From Rhina ancylostomus (taxonomy: Eukaryota): DNA of 64,000 nucleotides. The notes beneath the pieces are model-generated. The model had not been told where the DNA came from. It was given only the letters and a program-made list of their open reading frames with translations, and ran no database searches. Each line of letters opens with the position of its first letter. The first letter of the stretch is position 1. Location of the stretch: positions 23,476,959 through 23,540,958 of the forward strand of contig JARFYF010000029.1 in assembly GCA_030265395.1 (NCBI GenBank), written 5' to 3'. Below are positions 13,771-25,739 of this stretch, piece by piece. A program made the translations under genes and the position numbers.

Positions 13771-15513
13771 TAGTTTTTTTTAACTGATTTCTTTGTGCAC
13801 TTTATTTACTCTGGACCTGCAGACTTTGATGATTTCAGGAATTTCCAGTTAAAAGAAGGGCCCTCAGCCCAAGTAAATCACTAATTGCGACTTTTGCATG
13901 AATAAGACAGCTACCATGACAACGAATAGAACAAAGGGTCTCGGGCCTGAAACATTAACTGAGTTGGTGCAACAGATTAACGATGCAACTATAACAGATG
14001 AAGTTTCACACATTAGTGGAAAACCAAGGAGATGGCAGCAACATAGTCCATGGTATTTTCTTTTGTATTGCACCACAATTTTCACAGAAAAAGACAACCT
14101 GAGGCTGCATGGTAAATACCATGTACACAGCTTTTGCATTAATTTTTCTTGACAATAATCACAATTTCACTATGATTAGTGACAGCATTTTATTGCATAT
14201 ACATAACTTAAGAATGAAACTAACATAGCCTTTGCATTTGCATTGCATTTTCAAAAAAATCTGCCTATTTAAAAAAAATAAGGTTTAGGTTTTCTCCATT
14301 TTCCTTTTTTTCAGTATTTTTCACTTTGTCACTCAGCCCTATTAGCATTCTTTCGTATTCTTCACAGCCTTGTCTGTTCCAGTCCATTTCCCTTGTGGTT
14401 CCTCTGGTATATTTTCACAGTTTGCTTTTCACTGATCCTCTGAGTTTGCTTTGTGTTTGCAGAGCCTGTTTCATGAATCCTTCTAAGTCTGTGCCACCCA
14501 CACACAGCTTGCTTTTCTGCATGGCAAGTTTCATTCCCCATATCCCAAGTTTATACAGAGGAGATGAGAGGCAGTGTCAATGGGGGAGCCTTTAAACTTG
14601 TCCATCTAGCAAAGAAATGACCCTACATTTATTTCCATAGAAGTGATAGTGATGGTTTCGGGGTGGGGAATGGTGGTATGGGTGAAAAGGAAGTGTTTCT
14701 ATAATGGCTAGTTGGCCAGTAATGTTAGACTGATACCTGAGAGAGAGATTGAGAATTTACTCCTATGAATGTTATTCAAGTTAATGATAAAGCACCACAG
14801 GAGATGTAATTCACAACCAAATGCACTATATTGCTGAGGATGAAAATGCAACCACCAGTCTCCTGATCTGCAGCATTAGCTTACTATAAAATATATGCAT
14901 TTGTACATATGCTTATACATATTATGCATTAAAAGCTCTGTACTACTTGTATTTAAACACATTTATGTTGTAGATAGGANNNNNNNNNNNNNNNNNNNNN
15001 NNNCAAAACCAAGAAATTTCAGTCAAACTGATATATTTCTTGCACTTGTTGGAACATTTCCTATGATGGCAATTGTGTTAGTGTCCACCTTTGGCTTTTA
15101 TGATTTCCTTTGATGCCAGAAGGTAATTTCAAGGTTATTTTTATGATCCACCTGCCATTATAACACTGTTAGTGGTGAAGTGATGTGTATTGTGCTTTCT
15201 CACAAAGCAGAGACATTGCTTAAAAAAAGGTGATACGCAATTTATTTCAGTAACTACTTTTTCTGAGGGAAAAAAAGAATGGTGATGGTGGTAGTATGAT
15301 GTGGAAGAGAGTGGTGGGGCTGAGAAAATAGTTATCAAGCTATTATTGTTCGGGGCTGGGAGTCTGGTGGAGGAGATCTGCAGAAAGATAAATACTTTAA
15401 AATATACTTTTAAAATGTCAAAAAATTGTACAAGAAGAAGTAACACAATGATTCAGGCCTGTATTTTCCAGTTAGCGGTGAAAGGATGCTGCTTGACATG
15501 ACTTTGAAGAAAC

Positions 15514-15658
15514 CTGCTCACAAAGAATAAGTGGGCTCTGTTTAGTGGACTTCTTTTCTAACATGAGTGGCTGTTGAGAGCAGTGTCTTGGGGATCTGTG
15601 AGACCCAACATCTAAGATGGCAGCAAGCTGGTCAAGTAGATTGAAGAATTCTGACAAA
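15514..15658 (-). pseudogene. Candidate exon (145 nt, open, phase 2 to 0)
   Basis: ttttatttgacatctag|...CAG|gtttct; LSEFFNLLDQLAAILDVGSHRSPRHCSQQPLMLEKKSTKQSPLILCEQ. Confidence 0.6.
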
Positions 15659-16089
15659 CTAGATGTCAAATAAAATACAATATTTTTAAACACGTATTGA
15701 ATATTTGCAGACAAAGTTCAAAATATATATTTTGGAATTAAGTAGAAAACAAAACATAAGCAAACTTAAAAAAAATATCATTCTGCAAGTTATTCAAATA
15801 TTAGATGTTGTTCTGATACAATAACATGAAAATATTTTTTTCAGAGAGATTGTTACCATTACACCTTTTTCCAAGAAGGCTTAATAGTGTTTTTACAGCA
15901 AAAATAGTGCAGAAAAATTTATGTCAGATCACTGATTTTGTGATGACTGCAGCTTCAAAGAATGCAACAGGTTATCACTGACAGTGACTTTTGGTTTTCT
16001 GCATTTTACTGCTCACGTGCCAGAAGCTGCCTCAGTTTTAAAGAGTAAGGACAACGTGTACTGACAGTTTTGCTGTCATTACATCCACA

Positions 16090-17010
16090 ATCATAGATTT
16101 ATAGAAAATTTACAACACTGAATGAGGTTGTTCAATCCATTGTGCCTGTGCCAGTTGAAAAAAAGCTATTAAGCCTGATCCCATATTCCAGCACAAGGTC
16201 TGTAGCCCTGCAGGTCACAGCTCTCCAAACACACATCCAAATACTTAATAAGGTTTTTGTCCCTCCAATCCTTTCAGACAGTGAGTTTGAGAACCTTGTT
16301 ACCTTGTGTGTAGAAGCTTATCCTCATATCCCCTTAAATCCTTCAACCAATTACTTTAAATCAAAGCCCTCTGGTCTTTGACAACTCTGTGAAGGAAAGA
16401 AGTCTTTCCTAATTACTGTATATAGGCCCTCAACATTTTATATGCTCCATTTGTACTCCCTTCAGCTTCCTCAGTTCCAAACAAAACAATCTTTCCTCAT
16501 GGCTAACGTAGGCAACATTCTTGTAAATATCATCTGCGCACTCTCCAGAACAGTCACATCTTATTGTCTTATGAGGATAGGCGGACCGAGCTGGGGCTTT
16601 TCTCTTTGGAGAGAAGGAGGATGAGAGGTGACCTGATAGAGGTGTAGAAGATGATAAGAGGCCTAGATGGAGTGGACAGTCAAAAACTTTTTCCCAGTGC
16701 AACAATGGCTAACACGAGGAAGGTATAAAGAGGATGTCAGGGGCACGTTTTTTACACGGAGAATGGTGGGTGCGTGGAACACACTGCCTGCAGAGGTTGT
16801 GGGGGCAGATACATTAGGGACATTTAAGAGACTCTAGATAGATACATGAATGATAGAAAAATAGGGGGCTATGTGAGAGGAAAGGGTTAGATAGATCTTA
16901 GAGCAGGATAAAATGTCGGCACAACATTGTGGGCTGAATGGCCTGTACTGTGCTATAGTGTTCTATGTTCTATCTTTCACGTATTGTGGTGACCAGATCT
17001 ATACAATGTG
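16090..17010 (-). mobile_element. CR1 3' fragment (minus) interrupted by a younger CR1
   Basis: SHEERLFCLELRKLKG-type C-terminus; the host sequence cagtcacatc... resumes as gtattgtggtgaccag after the insert. Confidence 0.7.
16562..16973 (+). mobile_element. 5'-truncated CR1 3' end, nested
   Basis: tcttatgaggataggc...ggggcttttctctttggagagaaggaggatgagaggtgacctgatagagg (SYEDRL..LGLFSLERRRMRGDLIE) and a gttctatgttctat tail. Confidence 0.9.
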
Positions 17011-17129
17011 CTCATGTCAACAATTCCGTAGCAAATGAACCAGTCCTTGCCTGCATGTGGCAAGACCCAGACAAGATTCACCATGGGCTAGTAAGGGGCA
17101 AGTAACATTCACTTCACAAATACGTGAGG

Positions 17130-17480
17130 CATTGTAGTGCAATGGGCAGTGTAGCTATCACACAGCTGCAGGAACCCAGGTTCCATTCTGACCTTGGGGG
17201 CTGAGTGGGTGGAGTTTGCATGGTTTTCCATGAATGCATGGGTTTCCCCAAGGTGCTCCAGTTTCTTCACACACTCAAAAACATGGTGGTTGGTGAGTTA
17301 ATTTGCTGCTTTTTTGTAACCCTCAGTATCAGTGGGTTTCAGGAGGTGATGGGCATGTGCGAGGGAAAAGGTTACAGGGGAATGAATGGGAGAATGGGTT
17401 TTTGGGGATTGCTCTGAAAGCTGATGGACTTGACAGGCTACATGGCCTCCTCCTATGATGTTAGATCACATGAGAATATG
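17130..17480 (+). mobile_element. tRNA-derived SINE (V-SINE/HE1-like)
   Basis: A/B-box-like head (tagtgcaatggg...ccaggttccattct) then gtggagtttgcatggttttcc...ggtttccccaaggtgctccagtttcttc. Confidence 0.75.
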
Positions 17481-18568
17481 AGACAAGGGCTTTGGAAATT
17501 TATTACCATCACCTTCTCGAGGATAACTAGACTTGAGCAATAACTGCTGGTCCTGCCAGTAACACCCACCTTTAAGAAATGAACAAAAAGAATTCAGCAG
17601 CAGCAGTAAAACAAATCCCCACCACACAAATCCTTAAACTCATAGTGTATGGAAACCTCAGAAGCAAAGGAAATGCAAAATATTACAACTTTTTTTAACA
17701 TATTTTAAAAATTATAGTAAAGCAATCTGCTGTCATAGATGCCATGTTGGGACAGTCAATTTTAATTGTGACTGGATTTTAGGTAAGTGGGCAAAGATTG
17801 ATTCAGGGTGTATGTGAAACATATTCACTGGCTTAGGGTTTTCAACAGTCAGGACGTGGCAGATCGCCTGAGAATGGACCTGCACATTCTCATTCATGAA
17901 TTCAGGAAGGGATTGTGGAAGTTGAAGGTGGTGACCTGGCCAGGAACAGCACATACTTAACATTCTCTTACTTTGGGAAGCCTCTTTTGCCAGCAAACTC
18001 ACAAGAAAGCTGGGTCAGCCTGTGGGAGAGCAGAAAAATGGCAACTCTTCCATCCCTTGGTAAAAATATTGGCACAGTAGGAACTCAAGTGGCCTAAATT
18101 CTTCAGGCAATGCCCACTTGACACAAGTACCTCATCTACCGCAGAACCCAGTGGGAAGATTAGGAAATTATGTGAAAGGATAGAATGGGGGAACCTCCTC
18201 ATTCCTAGCAGACAACTGGAAGGGCTTTTGCTAAATTGCTGTGTTTCATTGATCACTTGCTTCACCTTCCTCAAACTGTTAGCCATCCTCAACAGATCCC
18301 TTCCATACATCTCAGCAGCAAAGTGTTTCATATTCTCATCACTGTCTGGGTAAAGGTATTTCTTCTGAATTCCCTTTTGGCTTCTTGGTGACTGTTTTAC
18401 ATTGACATCCTCCAGCTTTTCACTTCCCTGTAAGTGGAAGCACTCTCTTGGTCTCTACTCCTTTAATGCCATTCATAACTTTAAATGGTTCTATCAGGTT
18501 AGCCTTCAGTGGGTGCGCTCTCCCTGGCCAGGGCACAGTCCTCTGCTCCCACAGTCTTCTTCCTGAAG

Positions 18569-18815
18569 TTATGAATGAGTATATTGGCAAACACATCCTA
18601 AGGCTGCTTGGAAAGGTCCTGTGGCAAGGAAGTTGAGAGTTAATGTGACCTTGACCTTCATGAAGAGAGTAGTCCAGGAACGAAAGTGTGGCAGAAGGTC
18701 TTCCTGCAGAATGTCACATACTTTAGTGATGGAAGTCTGGGAAAACCTGAGCCTGTGAATACGTTGTCTACGGGGTAGATTCATTAGAATGTGGTAACTC
18801 ATGGGAGTGGACTCT
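18569..18815 (-). mobile_element. Harbinger (PIF/HARBI1-type) transposase N-terminal remnant
   Basis: RQRIHRLRFSQTSITKVCDILQEDLLP...VKVTLTLNFLATGPFQAALG matches the Harbinger pattern RLRF...LC.LL...L.P...V.VKVT.ALNF.A.GSFQ...G. Confidence 0.8.
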
Positions 18816-18816
18816 T

Positions 18817-20534
18817 CACTCCCTGAAAGTGGCTGCACAGGTTGATAGGGTGGTAAAGAAGGCGTGTGGCATGCTTCGCAACTTCCACCATATCCAATGG
18901 GATCCCACCACCAGGCATATCTTCCCCTCCCCGAACCCCACCACACCACCCCCCCAACATTCTGCAGGGATTGCTCTCTTGCTCACTCGCCCCTCCCCAC
19001 TGATCACCCTACCTACCATGTATCCCTGCAACTGTACAAAGTGCTACACCTGTCCCTACACCTTCTCCCTCACTACCATTCAGGGCCCCAGACGGTCCTT
19101 CCAGATGAGGCAGCACTTCACCTGTGAATCCGAGGCTGTCATTTATTGCATCCGGTGCTCCTGGTGCGGCCTCCTCTGTATCGGTGAGACCCAACGCAGA
19201 GTGGGCAACCGCTTTGTCGAGTACCTTTGCTCCGTCTGCCGCAACAGCCAGGATCTCCCGGTGGCCACCCACTTCAATTCCACACCCCACTCCCATATTG
19301 ACACCTCTGTCCATGGCCTCCTCTACTGCCACAGTGAGNNNNNNNNNNNNNNNNNNNNNNNNNNNNNNNNNNNNNNNNNNNNNNNNNNNNNNNNNNNNNN
19401 NNNNNNNNNNNNNNNNNNNNNNNNNNNNNNNNNNNNNNNNNNNNNNNNNNNNNNNNNNNNNNNNNNNNNNNNNNNNNNNNNNNNNNNNNNNNNNNNNNNN
19501 NNNNNNNNNNNNNNNNNNNNNNNNNNNNNNNNNNNNNNNNNNNNNNNNNNNNNNNNNNNNNNNNNNNNNNNNNNNNNNNNNNNNNNNNNNNNNNNNNNNN
19601 NNNNNNNNNNNNNNNNNNNNNNNNNNNNNNNNNNNNNNNNNNNNNNNNNNNNNNNNNNNNNNNNNNNNNNNNNNNNNNNNNNNNNNNNNNNNNNNNNNNN
19701 NNNNNNNNNNNNNNNNNNNNNNNNNNNNNNNNNNNNNNNNNNNNNNNNNNNNNNNNNNNNNNNNNNNNNNNNNNNNNNNNNNNNNNNNNNNNNNNNNNNN
19801 NNNNNNNNNNNNNNNNNNNNNNNNNNNNNNNNNNNNNNNNNNNNNNNNNNNNNNNNNNNNNNNNNNNNNNNNNNNNNNNNNNNNNNNNNNNNNNNNNNNN
19901 NNNNNNNNNNNNNNNNNNNNNNNNNNNNNNNNNNNNNNNNNNNNNNNNNNNNNNNNNNNNNNNNNNNNNNNNNNNNNNNNNNNNNNNNNNNNNNNNNNNN
20001 NNNNNNNNNNNNNNNNNNNNNNNNNNNNNNNNNNNNNNNNNNNNNNNNNNNNNNNNNNNNNNNNNNNNNNNNNNNNNNNNNNNNNNNNNNNNNNNNNNNN
20101 NNNNNNNNNNNNNNNNNNNNNNNNNNNNNNNNNNNNNNNNNNNNNNNNNNNNNNNNNNNNNNNNNNNNNNNNNNNNNNNNNNNNNNNNNNNNNNNNNNNN
20201 NNNNNAGAATCGGAATGTCCAATACTGGAGGGCATGCATTTAAGGTGAGAGGAGGTAAATTCAAAGGGGATGTGTGGGGCAAGTTTTTTTTACCCAGAGA
20301 GTGGTGGGTGCCTGCAGTGCACTGCTGGGGTGTGATGGCAGCAGATACGATAGAGGTGTTTAAGAGGCTCTTAGATAGGCACATGAATGTGCAGAGAATG
20401 GAGGGATATGGATATCATGTAGGCAGAAGGGATTAGTTAAGTTAGGCATTTAATTGCTAGGTTAATTAGTTTGACACAACATTGTGGGCCGAAGGGCCTA
20501 TTCCTATGCTGTGCTGTTCTATGTTCTACGTTCC
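18817..20534 (+). mobile_element. 5'-truncated CR1, split by a Penelope insertion and an assembly gap
   Basis: Left part SLKVAAQVDRVVKKACGML; right part SNTGGHAFKVRGGKFKGDVWGKFF...FKRLLDRHM; gttctatgttctacgttc tail. Confidence 0.9.
18880..19338 (+). mobile_element. Penelope-like element GIY-YIG endonuclease fragment; runs into a gap
   Basis: YPCNCTKCYTCPY...FTCESEAVIYCIRCSWCGLLCIGETQRRVGNRFVEY...PVATHFNSTPHSH: Cys-rich linker plus GIY-YIG (VIY...CIGET..R...RF.E) and Penelope CCHH residues. Confidence 0.92.
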
Positions 20535-21179
20535 ACTGTGGTGACTCAAAGACTCTGTATGAGTGGACTCACTGGCAACTAATGGACATGTGTTTGCCTC
20601 CTGCCCCAACATTCCCAACCTTCTCTGAATGGCTAGTCTCCAGTACAGCGTTGCCAGTGACGTCACCACAGAGGCACTGATGCGATGAGTATCCGAGCAG
20701 CTGAATACTGGAACGAGAAAAAAATTCCCCATCAGTTTCGGTGCTCTTTATGGACTTTGGAAGATGTCTGAACAAACTGCCATCAGTTTTGCAGCTCTCC
20801 AATCAGGTTTCCCAGTGTCAGGATAGTGTCCCTTTAAATGGTTAGAAAAAGCAACAAAATAGCATAATGTGTCTCTGGTTCAACAATGTTTGTAGCATGG
20901 AATGCTTAAGCTCTTTTTATGTTGGTATGGGTGGAAGTGAGCTCTGCGTAAATAATGACCTCATCAGTTACATGCCTGATACTGGGAAAAGATCAAGCAC
21001 GCTAACATTGATCATGCACTTTGTATGATATCATCCAGAAATATTCACCAGCATGATTTCCTCCAAGTAAAGTTGAATTTGGGCAGTTATCACTGGAAAA
21101 AAACAGGCACAATGTGGTGGAATTCCTCAGCCTACGTGTCTTCTTGTAGTTTGTTAGTTCTTCAACAATACTGACTACC

Positions 21180-21960
21180 ACCCCTGATTTGGTGTTGAGC
21201 GCAAATGCTGGAATTGTGTTTTTGCTCCCAAAGTCTAAATCATTAATATGATTGTGAACTATACAGCCCTAGCACTGATCCTTTGGGATGCACTTTCTAT
21301 GTGTTGCCACATGGAATATTTACCCTTTACTTTCTGCCTAACAGCCAATTTGCTACCCATTATGCAGTGACCTCTGATTCCACATAACCTGCCATTATTT
21401 ATTAGCTTTTTGTCTAGTGGCTTTTTAAAAACATATATGAATGATAGATGATCACTCTTCAAAGATTTCAGTGATGTTAGTCAAGCAAGAATTTCCCTTT
21501 TGAAATCCTGAGTCAACCATTAATATACTTGTTTCTGGTTACTAATTTTGCCTTTGACAGAGATTCCAGACATCCGATGTTACATTCGCTGGTTTTCAGT
21601 TCTCTGGAGAAGTTTTCTCTCCCTTCTTAAGCACAGATATAACCTCAGTTATCTGCCATTCCATAGGCATAACACCTTTCCTAAATGAATTATTAAATAT
21701 GTGAAATGCTTTTACCTCTTCTCTAGGTTGTTTTAAAATGAGGGGATGCAATCTATCTGGGTCCAGGTTGTCATTTTATCAGCCTTGACTTTGTTTTGTT
21801 TATTTAATGTTTCTTATTTTACATTAAATATGGTTATATCATTTCTACTCTCAACTTCTAATGTCTGACCACCTGTCTGGTCTTCCAAGGTAATAATTTA
21901 ATATATTACATTATTAATTATTTAATATACCTGCCATTTTGCTATTGGTGTCTGTGATTT
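21180..21960 (-). mobile_element. Old CR1/L2-group RT fragment
   Basis: DHLSFIYVFKKPLDK...GIRG...W; degraded YLDF.KAFD region. Confidence 0.6.
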
Positions 21961-23226
21961 TATCATGTTTTGTTTTATTTAGGTGTCTGTAAAATAGGCA
22001 CATAGAGGGGATTTTGTGATATGTTAACTACATAATTCTTCAAATGGCTTAGAAACAGAAAATGACGGTAAGGTGAAGAAGAAAGAAATGATTTTTTAAA
22101 TATCTTGAGCAAGAGATGAAATAACAATGAAATAATGTAATCTGCTCCATCTCTCATCAGCATCCACATAGCTGTGCTTCCTGACACATCTCCTTTGTAG
22201 CCTTGGCTTCAGAAAGAATTGACTAGCACGAACAATGGCAGCACAGGACAATAGCAACAATGTTAGCTGCACCATATTAGATCAATATTAAAGCCAAGAT
22301 CATTTTACTGCTAATTGAAATAGAGTTTAGGCAATATACTGTAAGAATATAATTGTAGTGCTTCAGGCGCCACCATTTAACTTTGAGTCCTGTGACAGCT
22401 GAACGTGCTGCAGTGTGGATAAAAGTCATTTGGTAAAATGGTAGCTGTCATCTTTTCAGTGTAATTGCATCACCGTGTTGCAATTACATGATTTTCAGTT
22501 ATTGCCCTTTCCCAATGGAAGATAACGGAAGAAGGCTTATTTAGGCCTTCAGCTTTTGACTCCAGAGGGGATATATAATTCATTAGGGAACATAAATCTA
22601 AAGAATTTCTGGCATGACCACAAACAGGTTTAACATTTAACTAAACAGCTTGCTGAAAAACATGGAACCATAATGCTAATTGAATTATGTTAAAAAGAAC
22701 ATCCTAAAAGAAGAAATGTTTCTTACAAGTCCTGCTAAATGAAAATCACCTGAATGTTTAAGCATGTTAATGGCAACAGCCTTGCAAAATTTGTGATTAG
22801 TAAATAATATAAAGGCAATGAAATAATTGTTGCTTCTGTTTGAATAGAGAGTCAATTAAAGATTCCAATTAATTGGTGTGCATTATAAATGAAGTAATTA
22901 AACTTCAATTCAACACTAATAAGTGTATCTTAATATGCTTAACAAATAAATTTATCAGTATGAGGGCACACAACAAAGCTGATTTTTGTCTGCTGGAGAA
23001 AGCAGTAGTAATTTGTACAAATTTTACCAACTGGGCTGGTGTAAATAACACAATGTTCTGGGGTGAGGAATTCATTTCAATAATTATTCAAAGTACTAAA
23101 TGCAGACTCAGTCTAGGCACACATAAATGTGAAAGAAGGTAACTATTTCCCAGTCAAATTTATAAGAGTTACAATTGAGGAATAAAAATTCAGGAAGGGT
23201 TTTGGATAGCTTGCAAAGTATCTCAC

Positions 23227-23275
23227 CATCAGAAGCTATTTCCTAAGATGAAGATGAGGATGGCATGAAGATAGT
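23227..23275 (-). pseudogene. Candidate exon (49 nt, phase 1 to 2, one TGA)
   Basis: ctctgtcatctgtctgtag|...TG|gtgaga; (D)YLHAILIFILGNSF*(C). Confidence 0.6.
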
Positions 23276-24699
23276 CTACAGACAGATGACAGAGTAAGAG
23301 AGCACTTGGCCCTCCTTTACCAATAACATTTAAAATGAGCTGCTTATGAGAGAACCAGCCAGAACCACAGCTTCTCATCCATATATAAAGCTTAGTGGTT
23401 CATCAGCTCCTAAGGCTCCCTTTGGGAAGTGGAGTTCACCAGAACTACATTCATCAAAAGTTCAATTCACTTCAATCTACAAAGGTGTAGCAGAGAGATA
23501 TACAGCAGTTCCGGGTTAGCCTGTCCTTCCAGGCCTTCATTCCATCCAGGTATGGTGCTTGACAAGTCCTATTTGGACACCACTTTTGCCAGTAACAAAT
23601 CCCTAAAGACAGGTTATGAAGCCTCCTAACTGGCAAAGACCTGGGAGATGGTGGGAATGATTTNNNNNNNNNNNNNNNNNNNNNNNNNNNNNNNNNNNNN
23701 NNNNNNNNNNNNNNNNNNNNNNNNNNNNNNNNNNNNNCTTAGTTAATAGAAAATCAAGATCCGGCGACAGGTTTATCATCCCATTTGCCTTGCCATACAT
23801 TGCACACATACTCTATCCAATGCTAACTAGTGTTACAACTAAAGTAGAATTGAAAGGTAAGTTTTACTGAAATTTGTATAATCTGGATAAGTAGAACTAA
23901 ACTGAATGATTCCATTTTCTAGCTCTGATTTATGCTTGCTGTCAAAGTCTGTTTATTTAATCCTGCTAAAGAGTTCATTGGATTGTATCGAGATGGCTAA
24001 TGGCCATTGTACCAAGGAGAAGTCCAAGTCAAGCTGGCAGTCAGATACCCTGGTGTCTGGCATTCTACTCCATTGCTGGGCTCACCACTGCATTCAGTGG
24101 AGGAATAGTGACTCTCCAAAGAGAGGGTCAGGATTTACTTCATATTGCACCCCCACCCCTGCCACCCCCCACAAAGCCATTCCAGAACTGGTGTACAAAC
24201 AATTTTCCTATTAATTTGTATTGGGTCACCAACCATGTGGAGAAAGGCAAGTACACGTAAGTGTACTTCGTTAATTTTTATTCTACATTAGGTGAATGTT
24301 TTTTAATTATTTGTTTTATTTTAATGTGGTTTTAATTAAAAGTTATCTTACTTTTCATTTTTAGTTTGTTTTTATTTCTTTAATTATTTAACTCAATTTT
24401 TATAGTTTTTAGCCATCTATTGTTTAAAGATTGTTAGAAGGTCTTTTGCAGTCTTTGACAACCACAAATCTACCAAAGGCTGTTAGGGCGTCTGGGGTAT
24501 GCTGCCTGCTGGACATTTGCAGCACAGAACCCGTACCCCTCACTGATACCTTTTGGGTGTGGAAAACCAGCTTCTCTGCCCCTATACACCAGAAATATAT
24601 GTGTGGGGTCTGCAGGCAGTGAGTCCAGGCAGTGGTTGGCTTCAGGACAACATGGCCCACTGTCCTTTTCTCAGTTATTCAGATACAGAAACAGTAGTT

Positions 24700-25010
24700 C
24701 TCTGTGCCTATGCTCCACTGTCCTCTCCTATCTGATTCCATCATCTTCAGCCCTTCGTCACTCCCACCTATCGCCTCCCAATTTCTGACATCATTCCCAC
24801 TCTCCCTCATCTGCCCATCAACCCCCCCTCATCTGCATGCACCTATCACCTGCCAGCTCCTGCTCCACTCCTTCCCTCCACCTTTTTATACGAGCTGTCT
24901 CCCCTCTTTCTCTCCAGTCCAGATGAAGGGTCTTGACCTGAAACGTCGACTGTCCATTTCCCTCTGTAGATGCTCCCTGACCCGCTGAGTTCCTCCAGTA
25001 TTTTGTGTTT
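24700..25010 (+). mobile_element. Penelope 3' end/terminal repeat with a minimal hammerhead motif
   Basis: C/T-rich tract then cagtc-cagatga-agggtcttgacct-gaaacgtc-gactg and tagatgctccctgacccgctgagttcctccag. Confidence 0.8.
24915..24952 (+). ncRNA. Minimal type I hammerhead ribozyme motif with one core substitution
   Basis: Stem I cagtc/gactg; core C(A)GAUGA instead of CUGAUGA; stem II ggtc/gacc; GAAAC-GUC cleavage triplet. Confidence 0.65.
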
Positions 25011-25559
25011 CTCTCTGCCAGACAGGAAGCCAGGAAGCTAGCCAGCCAGCAAAATCTGAAAGAGGTTTAGAGTTTCACCAGCCTGGGCCTAATATTAGAG
25101 CCCGTCACCCACCTTAAAGACAGCCAGGTTCAAAAGCCATTCAGAAAAGATCAATCTGCCAGATTTATAGCTCAGTTGTCAAATTAAATCTTCATGGAAC
25201 ATACAATCATGATACTGTTTCACATGGCCTAGCCTTTAGCATGCAAACTTGTCTGTTCAATATTGTATGTTCCAAGCAGGACTAGGCAATTCTTCAAATA
25301 CTAATCTCTAACCACAGGAAATATCAATGCATTCACTTGTTGCCAGTATACCATTTAAGCCCTCAGAAAGCAAATTGTTATTAAGTGTCTTAATATAATG
25401 AGTTGTTGCATATTTACATTTAAAAGGACTAACATTGTGCATAAATATCTCAGATTCTTTTGTTCACATGCTAAAAATACAATGCAACTCTTCAACTGAT
25501 GTCAATTTATTTTTCTACAAACATTCCTGCTATAAGGTGATCCCCTACAGTAATCTGTA

Positions 25560-25596
25560 ACAACCAATGGGTAACTACAACCAATGGGTAACTACA
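25560..25596. repeat. Perfect 17-bp tandem duplication containing CCAAT
   Basis: acaaccaatgggtaact twice, followed by aca. Confidence 0.9.
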
Positions 25597-25739
25597 TCAC
25601 AAAACTGTTCTATTCCCTCAAACCCCCAATAAGATTTGTAAGAAATATTCTATTCAAAACAGTGATGAAAGCATGTTCTGTCTTCTAATCATATCTGAAC
25701 ACTGTTGCAAACTTCTTTTTTATTTCATATTTTTACTAC

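Noticed and set aside
14463-14523. Plus-strand exon-like segment (tttgtgtttgcag|...|gcaagt), and another near 29732-29803
   Set aside because: Isolated, with a non-canonical or weak donor and no chain of compatible plus-strand exons.
18829-20436. 535-aa ORF that looks like an RT/GIY-YIG fusion protein
   Set aside because: It is a chimera of CR1 and Penelope fragments read through an N-gap of about 870 nt, not a real CDS.
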